This document shows positions 38,501 through 51,665 of a stretch of 64,000 bases of DNA, one piece after another. The stretch is taken from positions 6,629,812 to 6,693,811 of the forward strand of contig NC_092675.1 of the NCBI RefSeq assembly GCF_964355755.1. Reading direction: 5' to 3'. The notes beneath the pieces are model-generated. The model was not told the origin of the DNA, did not search any database, and saw only the letters and a list, made by a program, of their open reading frames with translations. Origin of the DNA: Antedon mediterranea (lineage: Eukaryota; Animalia; Echinodermata). A program made the translations under genes and the position numbers. The first letter of the stretch is position 1. Every line of letters starts with the position of its first letter.

Positions 38501-41500
38501 AAGATGTATTGTCCATATCAAAGTAATATTAAAGTTGTTCACTTTAAGTCGAAAATTCGAGCCAAAAACAACAAGTTTACGTAATAAACAGGTAAATTAA
38601 TTTGATTACATTTTGTCTGGAAAATCGTCGCGAGCGAAAGTAAACAAAGATTTCAAACCACGAGTATGCATTATGCATGATGCTAATTAGGATTGTTTAC
38701 AACTCGTCACGGTTGAGAAGGTGTTTTCACACAAATCGCGAGGAAGTTTTATGATTATGCATACAGAGTAGCCAAACAAGAGCAATGCATTATGAGATAT
38801 GTTTTTATCAAAAACTTTGACTGGAAGTCAAAGTTATTTTTTGAACAAAAAAACGTCTGTTTTTCAATTAAATGATTTTTTTTCGACTAATTTTTGTGAA
38901 AGTTAATAACTATTATGATACTTCAAAATAACACACTTTTTTTCGAAATCTTTTATGTTTTATTTTTTTGGAATTAGTCAAAGGGACAATACATCTTTAA
39001 TAAACATGTAATATCATATTTGATTGAATTTTACAATGTTGATATACAAAATATATTACTAAAAACCGTAAAAATAAAGTTCATTCAATTGCCTACTAAG
39101 GGCGCAATTTATTTACTTTGTTCGTTTCTAAAAACGATTATTTTCGGCGATGTTTGGGGGTGTCACGAAACATCACGAAAGCTAAGACCCCCTAAGACCT
39201 AAGATCACGAAACCTAATACCCTATACCCAAGATTACCAATAGTTCTCTTTCGCACCTTGTATTTTAACTGTAAACTTTATCCTGAATACCCCACCTTAG
39301 AATTAGATGAAGAAGAATCAATAAATAACAATAATTTTTTTTAATAAGTTGCTGATTATACAGACGTTTTTCGCATACTCAGACTATGTTCAATATTTTA
39401 TTTCTATGGAACGCCGAAAGAGCAACATTAATAGAGGGCTAAAAGCTATGTGGAATCCATCTATTTAACTCATTTTTTTGGTGAAAATAATGTTCAATTT
39501 AATATATTTTGTCACTGTCAATACAAATAAAATGTTACTGTTGATACTTTACACAGTTTCTTTAACTTTAAGAATAAATCGACAAATTCATCATATCCCC
39601 TTAGGTCGCCCTTATGACTAGGCCAAGGGTAAGTAGTGATGCTGATTTTAAGATTGATTAATATTCTCTGAAAATAGTATAAGTATCAGCAGCAACATAT
39701 TACAGCATTTTTATTGACAAATTGATAAATTATATTGAACAAATAAACGTGTATTTCACCAATAAATGCATTAAATGTAGACGCATTCCATCGAGTTTTT
39801 AGCCCTCTATTATTGTTGCTCTTTTGGTGCTCCATAGAAACGAAAAGTTGAGTATGCGAAAGTGTGTAAGAAACACGTCTGTAAAATCACCAATTTTTAT
39901 TTATAAATAATACCAAGTATTTATTTGTTACTTTTTATGTTCATAAAAGTACTTATGAGGCCTAATTCTAAGGTGTGGTATTAAGAATAAAGTTAATTTA
40001 GAGTCAAAATACAATGCAGGTACGTGCGAAAGAAAAACACACCCTGAAACCAACACAATGGAGTAAATATATATAAACAAACAAACAAATAAACCGTCCA
40101 GTTTGTTTGTTGTGAAACAAAGGATATATATATATTTATTAAAATTTGTAATCTTAGGTCTTGGGTCTTAGGTTTCGTGATCTTAGATCTTTGGGGTCCT
40201 CAGCTTTCATGATCTTAGGTTTCGTGACACCATGTTTTGGACCCTATATTTCGAAAACTACAAGTCAGATCTTTATAATTCTTGTATTATTTTATTAATA
40301 TTGATACAAAATATTAATAGGCAATGTATGCTATTAACTGTTAATGTTGCATCGTTATCCCTTGCTAGGTAGTAGGCCTATATACTAGTATATGGGGCCG
40401 GGTCATTAGGAATAATACTCTGGAATATGTATATTATGCATGGCTTAATCCATGACATACTGTAGTTTAGTTTATGATTATATTCTTGTTCTGTACAGTA
40501 GCTCTACAGTATAGACTATATTTACACAAAATGTTTACTACTGATTGTTAAACAAAAATAATTGATATAATAAACCATTATATCTGAAGAAAAAACAATG
40601 TTTGTCAAAGAGTGGCGTTTTTTGTAAGAAATACTTCTTGTTTAGTTTGTCAAGAGGGTTGGACATTCGCTGCCGATGCCGAGCGGTGTTACAAAACTGT
40701 AAGTACGTCAACATCATACCTCGAGGCTCAATCAATGTGTAAGCTTGAAAAGGGTTATTTACCAGTGATTGTAAACTCTGACGAATTTAATTACATACGA
40801 AGTGCTGAAGGAACCTGGAAATGGATTGGATATAACGATATAGTATCAGAAGGCACTTTTATGTGGGATGATGAAGATAAAACAAGTTCAACATATACAA
40901 GTAAGTAAACGAATCTTATCCTCCCTAGTATTTGCTCGTTTTCTTTGTTCTACATTCTGTTATCCCAATCCACTCATGCAGCTCCTGCCCACTAAGGCGC
41001 ATGATTGGTCATAGCAATAAATAGCAAACTATAGACATCAAATAGCGTAACCATAGATAGCAAGGGAATCGCTGTGCAATTGCTATACTTGATATAACAT
41101 AAATAGCAAACAAATAGCTGTGTAATTGCTATACTTGATATAGCCATAATAGCAAATAAATAGCTGTGCAATTGTTATACTTGATATAGCGATAAATAGC
41201 AAACACATAGCTGTGTAATTGCTATACCTGATATAGCCATAAATAGCAAACAAATAGCTGTGTAAGTGCTATACCATGATATAGCGATAAATAGCATCAA
41301 ATAGCTGTGCAATTGCTATACTTGATATAGCCATAAATAGCAAACAAATAGCTGTGCAATTGTTATACTTGATATAGCCATAAATAGCAAATAAATAGCT
41401 GTGCAATTGTTATACTTGATATAGCCATAAATAGCAAATAAATAGCTGTGCAATTGTTATACTTGATATAGCCATAAATAGCAAATAAATAGCTTGCAAT

Positions 41501-44500
41501 TGCTATACTTGATATAGCGATAAATAGCAAACAAATAGCTGTGCAATTGCTATACTTGATATAGCCATAAATAGCAAATAAATAGCTGTGCAATTGTTAT
41601 ACTTGATATAGCCATAAATAGCAAACAAATAGCTGTGTAATTGCTATACTTGATATAGCCCTAAATAGCAAATAAATAGCTGTGCAATTGTTATACTTGA
41701 TATAGCCATAAATAGCAAACAAATAGCTGTGCAATTGCTATACTTGATATAGCCATAAATAGCAAACAAATAGCTGTGCAATTGCTATACTTGATATAGC
41801 CATAAATAGCAATATAAATAGCTGTGCAATTGTTATACTTGATATAGCCATAAATAGCAAACAAATAGCTGTGCAATTGCTATACCATGATATAGCCATA
41901 AATAGCAAATAAATAGCTGTGCAATTGCTATACTTGATATAGCCATAAATAGCAAATAAATAGCTGTGCAATTGCTATACTTGATATAGCCATAAATAGC
42001 AAATAAATAGCTGTGCAATTGTTATACTTGATATAGCATAAATAGCAAATAAATAGCTGTGCAATTGTTATACTTGATATAGCCATAAATAGCAAACAAA
42101 TAGCTGTGCAATTGTTATACTTGATATAGCGATAAATAGCAAATAAATAGCTGTGTAATTGCTATACTTGATATAGCCATAAATAGCAAATAAATAGCTG
42201 TGCAATTGTTATACTTGATATAGCCATAAATAGCAAATAAATAGCTGTGCAATTGCTATACTTGATATAGCCATAAATAGCAAACAAATAGCTGTGCAAT
42301 TGTTATACTTGATATAGCGATAAATAGCAAACAAATAGCTGTGTAAGTGCTATACCATGATATAGCCATAAATAGCAATATAAATAGCTGTGTAATTGCT
42401 ATACTTGATATAGCCATAAATAGCAAACAAATAGCTGTGCAATTGTTATACTTGATATAGCCATAAATAGCAAATAAATAGCTGTGCAATTGCTATACTT
42501 GATATAGCCATAAATAGCAAACAAATAGCTGTTTATATTGCTATTTATGGCTATATCAAGTATAGCAATTGCACAGCTATTTGTTTGCTATTTATGGCTA
42601 TATCAAGTATAGCAATTGCAAGCTATTTATTTGCTATTTATGGCTATATCAAGTATAGCAATTGCACAGCTATTTATTTGCTATTTATGGCTATATCAAG
42701 TATAGCAATTGCACAGCTATTTATTTGCTATTTATGGCTATATCAAGTATAACAATTGCACAGCTATTTGTTTGCTATTTATGGCTATATCAAGTATAGC
42801 AATTACACAGCTATTTATATTGCTATTTATGGCTATATCAAGTATAGCAATTGCACAGCTATTTGTTTGCTATTTATGGCTATATCAAGTATAGCAATTG
42901 CAAGCTATTTATTTGCTATTTATGGCTATATCAAGTATAGCAATTGCACAGCTATTTGTTTGCTATTTATGGCTATATCAAGTATAGCAATTGCAAGCTA
43001 TTTGTTTGCTATTTATGGCTATATCAAGTATAGCAATTACACAGCTATTTATATTGCTATTTATGGCTATATCAAGTATAGCAATTGCACAGCTATTTGT
43101 TTGCTATTTATGGCTATACCAAGTATAGCAATTGCAAGCTATTTATTTGCTATTTATGGCTATATCAAGTATAGCAATTGCAAGCTATTTGTTTGCTATT
43201 TATGGCTATATCAAGTATAGCAATTGCACAGCTATTTATTTGCTATTTATGGCTATATCAAGTATAGCAATTGCACAGCTATTTATTTGCTATTTATACT
43301 GTATTAGAATTCATGTGAATCAAATTGTCACATGATCATGTGATATCTGAATGGACATATCAATATAAGAATTTTAAAAAAGCAGATAAGATTTATTTTA
43401 TTAGCGTTTTATTAGAGAATCTTTATATTGTAGGTTGGAATCCTAATGAACCCAATGGAGGAGGGAGTGAACAATGCGCGATGCTTTATCCTTCATATTC
43501 AGGATGGATTGATATAAGCTGTTATAGTACATCACGCATTGCAATTTGTGAAACAGGTATGTTAGAAAAAAAGACAAAACTGAATGCATGACTGTCTGTG
43601 TTAAAGTTTTCTGTAAAACTTACAGATTGATTTTCGAAGATTATCTTAAGGGAAGATTATTGCAAAGCTGGATAAATTGCTTATTTCTTCAGTTTTAGGA
43701 CAAGTATAAATACCTTTATACCTTTATATGACGAGATTTTTTTCAGCTGCATTTACAGCTATGACATTAGCAGAAACGAGTGAACCTTTTTAATTGTAAT
43801 ATTTAATAACACATTTGATTAACATTATTATTCACCATGAATCATTAGTTTATTTCATATTTTAATGTCAGATCTAACTCCTAGACAGTGGTACCCACGA
43901 GGTCACAGTATGTACCTGTTCAATATAATATCCCACAATAGGAATCACGCCACAAGTTCGTGTGCAGATGTCGGCGCGCATTTGGTGGTTGTTGGTGATG
44001 TATATGAAAATGATTGGTTAATCACGACGGCAGTTTCTAAAAGGAGTTCCACTCATTGGTGGATAGGATACAATGACATTAGTTCAGAAGGTTCTTTTCA
44101 ATGGCCGGAAACTGGAGAATTCACTACGTATACGCGTACGTATTAACATTATTTAGGCCTATATTGAATGCTTTCTTATCTCATTTACTTACGACGCCTA
44201 TTTATACATAATTATATTTTAAGTCATTCGTCCTCATTCATTTTTATTTGTTTTGTCAATTTTCATTTAGAAATCAGGCGGCATTGTTATTCAGAGTTCA
44301 TATCTTTTGTATATTTGTATATGGTTAACTAATTTGCTAACTTTGTTTAAAAATTATTGTTGTGTTTGAAGCAAGAGCAGGCCTATGTCTATCATGCTTG
44401 ATTGATTGCTTCGAAAAGTAAAACTATTAGTGGCGTATGTCATTCCCACGTTACCTTTTTCCCTACTAAATGGATCCAAGCCCAGGTCTGTTAGGATTCG

Positions 44501-47500
44501 CCGTAAAGGACCCATATTGATGACAGCGGGGAGAGAGAGAGGAGAAGAGGTTACCAAGGCTTAAGAGATTGAGAAAACAAAGCTGGATGACATAAGCCGC
44601 CAATATTTTGACTTTTCAACGCATTCAATTCAATTCTTTCAAATCATTTCATTCAAAACATTTTATTCAAAACATTTCATTCAAAACATATCATTTCATA
44701 ACATTTCATTCAAAACATTCAATTCAAAGCCTTTCATTCCAAACATTTCATTCGTATCACGTCATTCAATTCATATCGATGCATTTCATTCACATATCGC
44801 GTCATAAAATGCATATCGAAATGTTGCATAAACGGCGTTTCATAATAATATATAATTTTGGTTATCAAGTTTTACTTAATTTTATAAGATACAGTAAGCA
44901 ATGTTGTTATACTGACATCAATTAATGTATTTTTAGGCTGGGATTCAACTCAGCCCGGAGGTGGCTCTTCTGAAGACGCGGTTTATTTGAGTTATTCATC
45001 TTGGCTTTGGCATGATGTTTCTACTTCAAATGTCTATCCATCAATATGTGAAAAAGGTATAACCTTTTTATTTAAACATTACTTTTGTTTTTATTTTTAC
45101 AAACACATGTAATAGTAGGATTGAATAGAAAACAAATCTGAGGCCTATAGAATAGAAAGTTTATCCTTTGAATAGTGATTAAGTGAGATGATCTTACTTG
45201 GGCCGCCATCCACCAGCAGTAGGCCTACGGTTGGTCAGATGTCAACCTGGCCACCATGATGTATCCATTGACAAGACATATCCATTGATTAATTACTAAC
45301 TTTTTTAGTAGTAATAGCACCAAATGAAAGATTATATTATATTATATACTGTAGTAGTATGCAACTTGCAAAAAAAAAAAGGGTTTAGGCCTTTCTATAT
45401 ATATATTTTTTTAAATTGACATTTCTGTTTTATTTTACTCTTGGGGGTATATACTTTATCACTTGAATTGACCAGTTATCCCAAAATACGCCTATAAATA
45501 TGACATTTATAATACTAATAATTACTACTGGGGCTTATCTACAAACACCTAAAGAAATAATTTGACAAAAGGCCTCAACTACAGCAATTGACCAATTAGA
45601 TAACAGTATGATGAATATATAATTAGGCAGATTAATGCTCTAAGTAGAAAAGCATTTTTCATATATTTTGTCATTAAAAAAAAATTACCTGATCTAAATT
45701 ACATTTATAATTTATTTCAACTAAAGTTACTAAATATTTTTGGTAAATTTTGATCAAAATTCAAACAAAATAATTGCAAAAGTGCCTTGTTTTTGAAGTA
45801 TTTCCCGCCATTTTTAAGTACAAATTATTTAGAATAAGGCTTTATCTGCAATTAGACCCCTCAAAATGAAAAAAAATAATAATTAAAAATTAAAACACGT
45901 TTTGGTCAATTACTCAAAAGTAGCTTTTTGTAGATAGGCCCTTTTCTAAAAGTACGGTAGTATATAGGTATTGAATGGGTATACATATTTCTGGTACTTT
46001 TTCATAGGTATTGAATGGGAATACTATAATAATAAGAGATACTTTGCGACTGACTACCGTATGACAGCCAACGACGGCATAAATGTATGTGCAGACATTG
46101 GAGGGCACCTTGCAGTAATTACTTCAAATGAAGAAAACGCGTTTCTGGTCAACATGATTGAGAAAACTCACAATAGTAAACGAAAGTTTTACATTGGATA
46201 TGTGAGCGACAGCAGTGCGGTCTGGTCCTGGCCAGATTCATCTCAAACAAATTATTCAAGTATGTCATTATTAAAATATGCATAAAATAAAATAGTAATA
46301 ACTGGTGGAGAAACTGTATCCTTCTAATCCAGGGTTCAATCGTAAACGAGTCTTACATAATAGCTGGATATTATACTAAGTCACTAGTACACTATATTGA
46401 TTTTACCAAGTTTACAAAAAGAAATTTCTTCTTATACAAACACTTTTTTTATATATTATTATAATATATTAACATTATTATAATTACTATTATAACAATT
46501 CTTATAGACTGGGCTACGGGTGAAAGCAACTTGGCGTCCGCATGCGCACTCCTGTCTTTAGCCGATGGCCAATGGTACGACGAATCGTGTTCTGGCATTT
46601 ATGGAATCATATGTGAAGATGGTAGGTTTTTTTGGTTTTTCTTACCATATGTTGGTATAGCCTACATGTGGTGTTCAATTTATTTAGTAGTAGAAAATTA
46701 TTTCCGTATTCTAGATTCTAAACGTTGTTTCGCTAAATATTGGTAAAGAGACGTTTTGATAAACATCGCATGTTGATTAAACAAGGCCATATACATGGCT
46801 GCAGTCGCGTGCTCAAATTTGAGTTAGTGTTTACCGACCGACCGACCAACCAACTGACCAATCATTTGACCAACCGATCGACATAGTGAGCTGTAGAGTA
46901 GAGTAAAAATACTACAGTGGGTGCTGAAATTTGCTTTTAAGGAGAAGGTGTTGATGAAAAAGGAAATCTTATAGATTATCAGAAGAGGTGGCAAGAGGAG
47001 AAAACCAAGGGCTGGAAAGAGAAAGCCCTACATGGAGATTCTTGGAGATGGCTTAGGAATGGTTTTTTGAAGAAGGAGACAAAAGATTTGATACTAGCTG
47101 CTCAAGAACAAGCTTTAAGAACGAATGTGATAAAATACAGTATAGATCAGAAACACCGTTATGTAGATTGTGTGGAAAAGTGAATCAAATATGATGATAT
47201 TAAAGAAAGGTTGTAAAACAGAAATCGGGAAAAAGGATTGACAGTTTTGAAAATGTTAAGCGCGCGTACGCATGCGTTATATGCGCTACGCACGTAATCG
47301 TATTGCTATATAATGATATATGACCTGAAATGTAACAAATTTTATTTAATTGTGGTTCATGCTTCTTGTGAAGATATGATTACAAAAGTGATTTCGTTCG
47401 TTTTGATTGCGCGCCGTGAAAACATAACCACATCGATTCCTGGTCATAAGGAATATACTCTGAAAAATTGACTTAGCTAGATGAAACTGATATCAAGACA

Positions 47501-50500
47501 AGGCCATATACAATTTAGTGTTTACCGACCGACCAACCGACCGACATAGTGCGCTGTAGAGTCGCGTTGCACGCGACTAAAAATCAAAACTACCACTGGA
47601 GCGACTCGTAATAAAATACTAACTAATAACAATATAAATAGATAACAACTAGAGACCTGAGGCAAGTCTATTGTCACAAAACAAGACTTTGTTGATGTGG
47701 TGCAGTTTATTTGATATGATATAATTTAATAAAATTGTATGTTGGGTATATACAATTATTATTGTATTATTAGGCCTAAACAAAATTATTATTATTTTAT
47801 TTACCAGATGCATTCTATACAGTAAAAATGTAAATAATGATTTGAACTTTTGTAAGTGTATGCCAATGATGACATACACTTATGCACCAACTTAAACATC
47901 CGAGTAGCCTATCTTTCTAGAAAATACTAACAACGTTGTATCGTTTGCATGCTTTGTTCTCAGAAATACCTTGGATACCATGGCATGATGAAAAGTATTA
48001 CATAAACACAACTCCCATGACCTACGACAGAGCAAGAGAAACGTGCCAACAGTTAGGCGGTGATCTCGTTTCTTATGACACGGTAGAAGAAGAAAAAGTT
48101 GTAGAGAGCCTTCTAGAGCGCACGTCAATAATAACGTCGAAATATAAGAAGGTTTATATCGGCAACCGCAAAGAAGGCGATGTGTTTAAATGGGCACGAA
48201 CTGGCATGGCTAGTACACTGTCAAGTAAGAAAAATACTCTTTTGATACCTTATTTTACCCACAGTATCTCTCTAATATGCCTTCCCAGTAAAAATTCGGG
48301 TTATATTTCATTACTCTCCCAAATCAGAAGCTAATTACTTACTTACTTATATAAAAATGTTTTCTTTTTTCTTTGATAAGAATATCATAAATAAAAAAAA
48401 TAAAAGAATGCTAATATAGTTACTACTATCATTTTATATAAACTGTTATCTAAAGCCCTGTCTACACTATCAAACTTTGTGACAAAAACATGTGATTGCC
48501 CATCATGATGATATTATATCACTACCGTATTTGAGCATATCACTACCATATTTGGTCACACTTTTCTTTGTCAAACTAGTTTGATATTGTAGACAGAGCT
48601 TAAAACTCTATAAATACACTGTCATAGTCCATGTGGTGTGACATAATTGTTGAGGAAAATGTTTGACGATTTATTGTACTGATTCACAAGAAGTGTGATG
48701 ATGATGATCATTGTCATTGTCTTGTGTCTTTTTTCTTAGACTGTGCCACCTTATATTTAACTCATCTTTACTTGCCATAAGACGGTTGTAGTATAACAAC
48801 CGACACGTCATTCTCAACTTTAGTTTTTTTTTCAAAACACATTATATAACTGCAGTTTTTCATTACAACCTTGACTGCAAAGAAAGATGGTTAGGCCTTA
48901 AAAACAACATCACCATCAGTTAACAAAACAGCAGAAACATTTTAGGAAGAGCAACACCGTAAGCAACACCAACATAAACAACAGGTGTAGGAGCAGAATC
49001 AGTCGCATTACATCGTAAACATTTTATTAAAAGGTTATAAAAAAAACTTGTAACGATTCCAGTAGTGGAGCTTAGAGAGTGGAATTGAAAGAGTCGTGAG
49101 TTACAGCCCTGGCACTAGGTCAGATATCCCTGAACCTTGGGATTGGAAGAAGCCAGACACGTTAAGAGCCAAGCTACAGTCACTCAAAGAGCAGCAACAG
49201 AACACAACATGAACATTCTCAGACAAAACACCACCTTCTGTAGCAACAGCAGAACCAATCAACATCATCAATTATAAAAATAAAACAGCAGCAACAAAAA
49301 TGATCAAATTATGTTTTTCTCAATTTTACAGGTTGGTGTTCAGGGGAGCCATCCGGGGGAAGTGAATACTGCACAGAGTATGTGAGTGAATCGGATTGTT
49401 ACAATGATATTAGTTGTTCTGTTTTTCGAGCCAGCGTTTGTGAAGTTGGTAAGCTTTAATCTAATAAACTTTTTTTCATGATTATTACGTCAAAAATATA
49501 GCTTGATAATATAATGATATGATGGTTAAAATAGTTGGAATGTAAGATTGCATGAGTTTGTCTCGTTTCTGTACTTATTTAGCTTGCTACACCTGGAAGG
49601 ACAAGATTCAAATTTGTTTAATTCAATTGAATTTCTTTTTATTTCGGAAATATCATCCATATTAATAAACTTATAAACAGAAAAAGAAAAATCGTAAACT
49701 CTAAACTTAAGTATATAGAATGCTTCTCCATCTACAATACATTTTGGAGTTAAACGTGGTTCCCACTAGCGACGCAACACAAGGAAGTAACGCAACGCAA
49801 GTGAATTGACCAATCACAAGCGATGGCTTATTCGCTTGTGATTGCTAAACTGTCTATAACTTCGCTTGTCATTGGTTAAAACGCTTGCGTTGCGTTTACG
49901 TCCTTGCGTTACGTTCTAGTGGGAACCAAGCTTTATGAAGCATATGTTTGCAAACACAAGCAACAAGGATGTTTAGACTTCTTATCAGATAATATCTTGT
50001 GAAATGTGTACACACATTCGTGTTTCAGTATTTTAATTAGAAGCATCAAACCATGGCATGCAACATGTTCTGTCTGCGCTAACCAATTGGCCAAATGAAT
50101 CGGTTGTAATTAGCCGTAATGAAATAACGAAGAACACAAATAACCACCTGTGTTTTACAATAACCAAATATTATAAAGAACACCGCAACAGTTAACTTAA
50201 ACCATTAGAAATACAGTACTATCTATGTATACACAAATCGTTATCCTTTATTACGTACTCTAGATTTACACGAAACTGACACTAGCCTGTGGGAGCTTAG
50301 GCGATATTTGGTGGTTCCAAAAACCGTAACTTATGATGCAGCTCGTACTAACTGCAATGAGATGGGTATGGACTTGGTTTCTGTTACGTCACAGTATGAA
50401 CTAGATGTTGTTGTAGCAGCTGCATATTCGTATTCAAGCAGCAGTTATTATTATACTGGATATAATGACATTGTGACCGAAGGAACTTATGTTTGGGGAA

Positions 50501-51665
50501 CATCGTCTTCTGGTAGAGCACAAACCGGTTTTGAAAGTAAGTTAATACATGAATTGATTATCATTAACTCTATAATTGTAGTACTTTATTTTCTTTAAAG
50601 TAGTTCATACTGAAATTATGCTAATTAGATTTCAAAGCAATGCTTAAACAGAAAGGTAGAATCACCTAGTTACTGCTACTGCCTTATTGAAAAAAAGTAT
50701 ATAAATCAGATCTGATCAGGTATACTGTGTTACACATGCAATTATACAACTCAATGATTACTATAACGACTCTAAAATTGGAACCCCAACCCCCAGTTCA
50801 GCGCTTCGCATGTTCCCATAGCCCTTTAACATTCTGCTTATTTGTCTTCTTTTCAGTCCGTGTTCAAATAGAAGCTGTAATATTATCATATTCTTTATAT
50901 TGTGATTTTTTTTATAAAAAAAGGCTGGTCAGGGAGTTCCACGTTTGATGATACTAATGATTGTACTATTGTACGACCACAATATCCGGACTGGCATTCA
51001 GTTACATGTTCTTCCGGCTACTATCACATTTGTGAAATCGGTAAGATGACGATGACGACAATGATAATCATGATACTCTATTCAAAAGTATGATAATGAT
51101 GACGAAATAAATGATTTTTATAAACATTTCAATTTGCCTGTTTTTCACACAAAGTATAGCGTAGAAAACAGCATAACATAAATAACCAGTACTCGTAGAA
51201 TTATATAAGCTGTCATGAACAACATTCACCGCGTTTATAAAACCACGTGAGTCAATCAACCACACGGTGGTATATAGCAATTTAATGCTATTATACTATT
51301 TGAATATTACTGACTTGGTTGACTTGTTGACTTAGATTAAAGTATAGAAACAATGTTTCTTAACATTAATATCTTATTTTAAAGAGTGGACAGAAGACTA
51401 TGACTTTCAGCATGAAGGAACCAGTGAAGAAGTAGATGACGATACGCAGAACACGTGCGTTCACGGACACGTATTACACGATGTTAGTGTACGAAGTATA
51501 ATAGAATGCATAACAGCATGCGTGAATGACGTAGGATGCGTATCCGTAAACTATTACGTATCCGCCGATGACGTCATGAACTGTCAACTAAACGATGTTT
51601 TCAGATCCGACTACCCGGATGATGTGCTTACTATTGACAAGTGTACTTATTATGAATTTAAATGA
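35573..51665 (+). CDS. Multi-domain lectin B: signal peptide + 5 C-type lectin domains + PAN/Apple domain (13 exons, about 767 aa)
   Basis: Exons 35573-35657, 36621-36662, 40646-40900, 43434-43556, 43872-44135, 44937-45056, 46008-46259, 46508-46621, 47964-48224, 49332-49448, 50264-50536, 50924-51040, 51385-51665. Exon-by-exon paralogous to lectin A; open frame throughout; ends CTYYEFK stop. Confidence 0.88.
37622..38363 (-). mobile_element. Long Helentron-associated (HINE/DINE-1-like) element
   Basis: Both ends carry GTCGGTCGG microsatellite blocks and the TATATGGCCTTGT motif; the body is the reverse complement of 47205-47583; inserted in a T run. Confidence 0.65.
38502..38996. mobile_element. 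Non-autonomous Kolobok-like DNA transposon (TTAA target)
   Basis: TTAA-AGATGTATTGTCC...GGACAATACATCT-TTAA: perfect 13-bp TIR and TTAA TSD. Confidence 0.75.
39159..40231. mobile_element. Non-autonomous Mutator-like (MULE/foldback) element with long TIRs
   Basis: GGTGTCACGAAA...TTTCGTGACACC termini. Inverted similarity extends about 290 bp (AATAGAGGGCTAAAA vs TTTTAGCCCTCTATT). 9-bp TSD ATGTTTGGG / ATGTTTTGG. Confidence 0.7.
41067..43277. repeat. 47-bp minisatellite that inverts at about 42529 (giant palindrome)
   Basis: Unit AATAGCTGTGCAATTGCTATACTTGATATAGCCATAAATAGCAAATA in direct orientation to 42530, then reverse-complement units to 43277. Confidence 0.95.
44615..44795. repeat. Low-complexity (CATTT/CATTCAAAA)n repeat
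   Basis: Degenerate tandem AACATTTCATTCAA units. Confidence 0.7.
46779..47583 (+). mobile_element. Helentron-associated elements (46779-46909 and about 47205-47583) bracketing a LINE fragment
   Basis: AAACAAGGCCATATACA heads, (ACCG)n, and a 3' stem-loop AGTCGCGT-TGC-ACGCGACT followed by AAAAA at 47560-47583. Confidence 0.65.
46925..47188 (+). mobile_element. Dong/R4-like non-LTR retrotransposon fragment
   Basis: Translates as WKEKALHG...SWRWLRNGFLKKETKDLILAAQEQALRTNVIKYSID...LCRLCGK (with indels), the post-RT/zinc-knuckle region typical of R4/Dong elements. Confidence 0.7.
48454..48600. mobile_element. Harbinger-type MITE family H2
   Basis: TAA-AGCCCTGTCTACACTATCAAAC...GTTTGATATTGTAGACAGAGCT-TAA. 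Confidence 0.75.
49753..49932. mobile_element. Harbinger-type MITE H1 subtype I
   Basis: TTA TSD; near-identical to the other 179-bp copies. Confidence 0.85.

Noticed and set aside
41067-43277. CRISPR-like appearance and the MHSYLFAIYGY ORFs
   Set aside because: The units are contiguous with no unique spacers, there are no cas genes, and the context is a eukaryotic intron. The ORFs are repeat translations.
44354-44600. GC-richer 67-aa ORF region in lectin B intron 5
   Set aside because: No recognisable motif or splice structure; probably a decayed repeat.
49040-49250. Coding-like fragment (LVTIPVVELREW...PWDWKKP)
   Set aside because: Interrupted by stops and I cannot assign it to any family.
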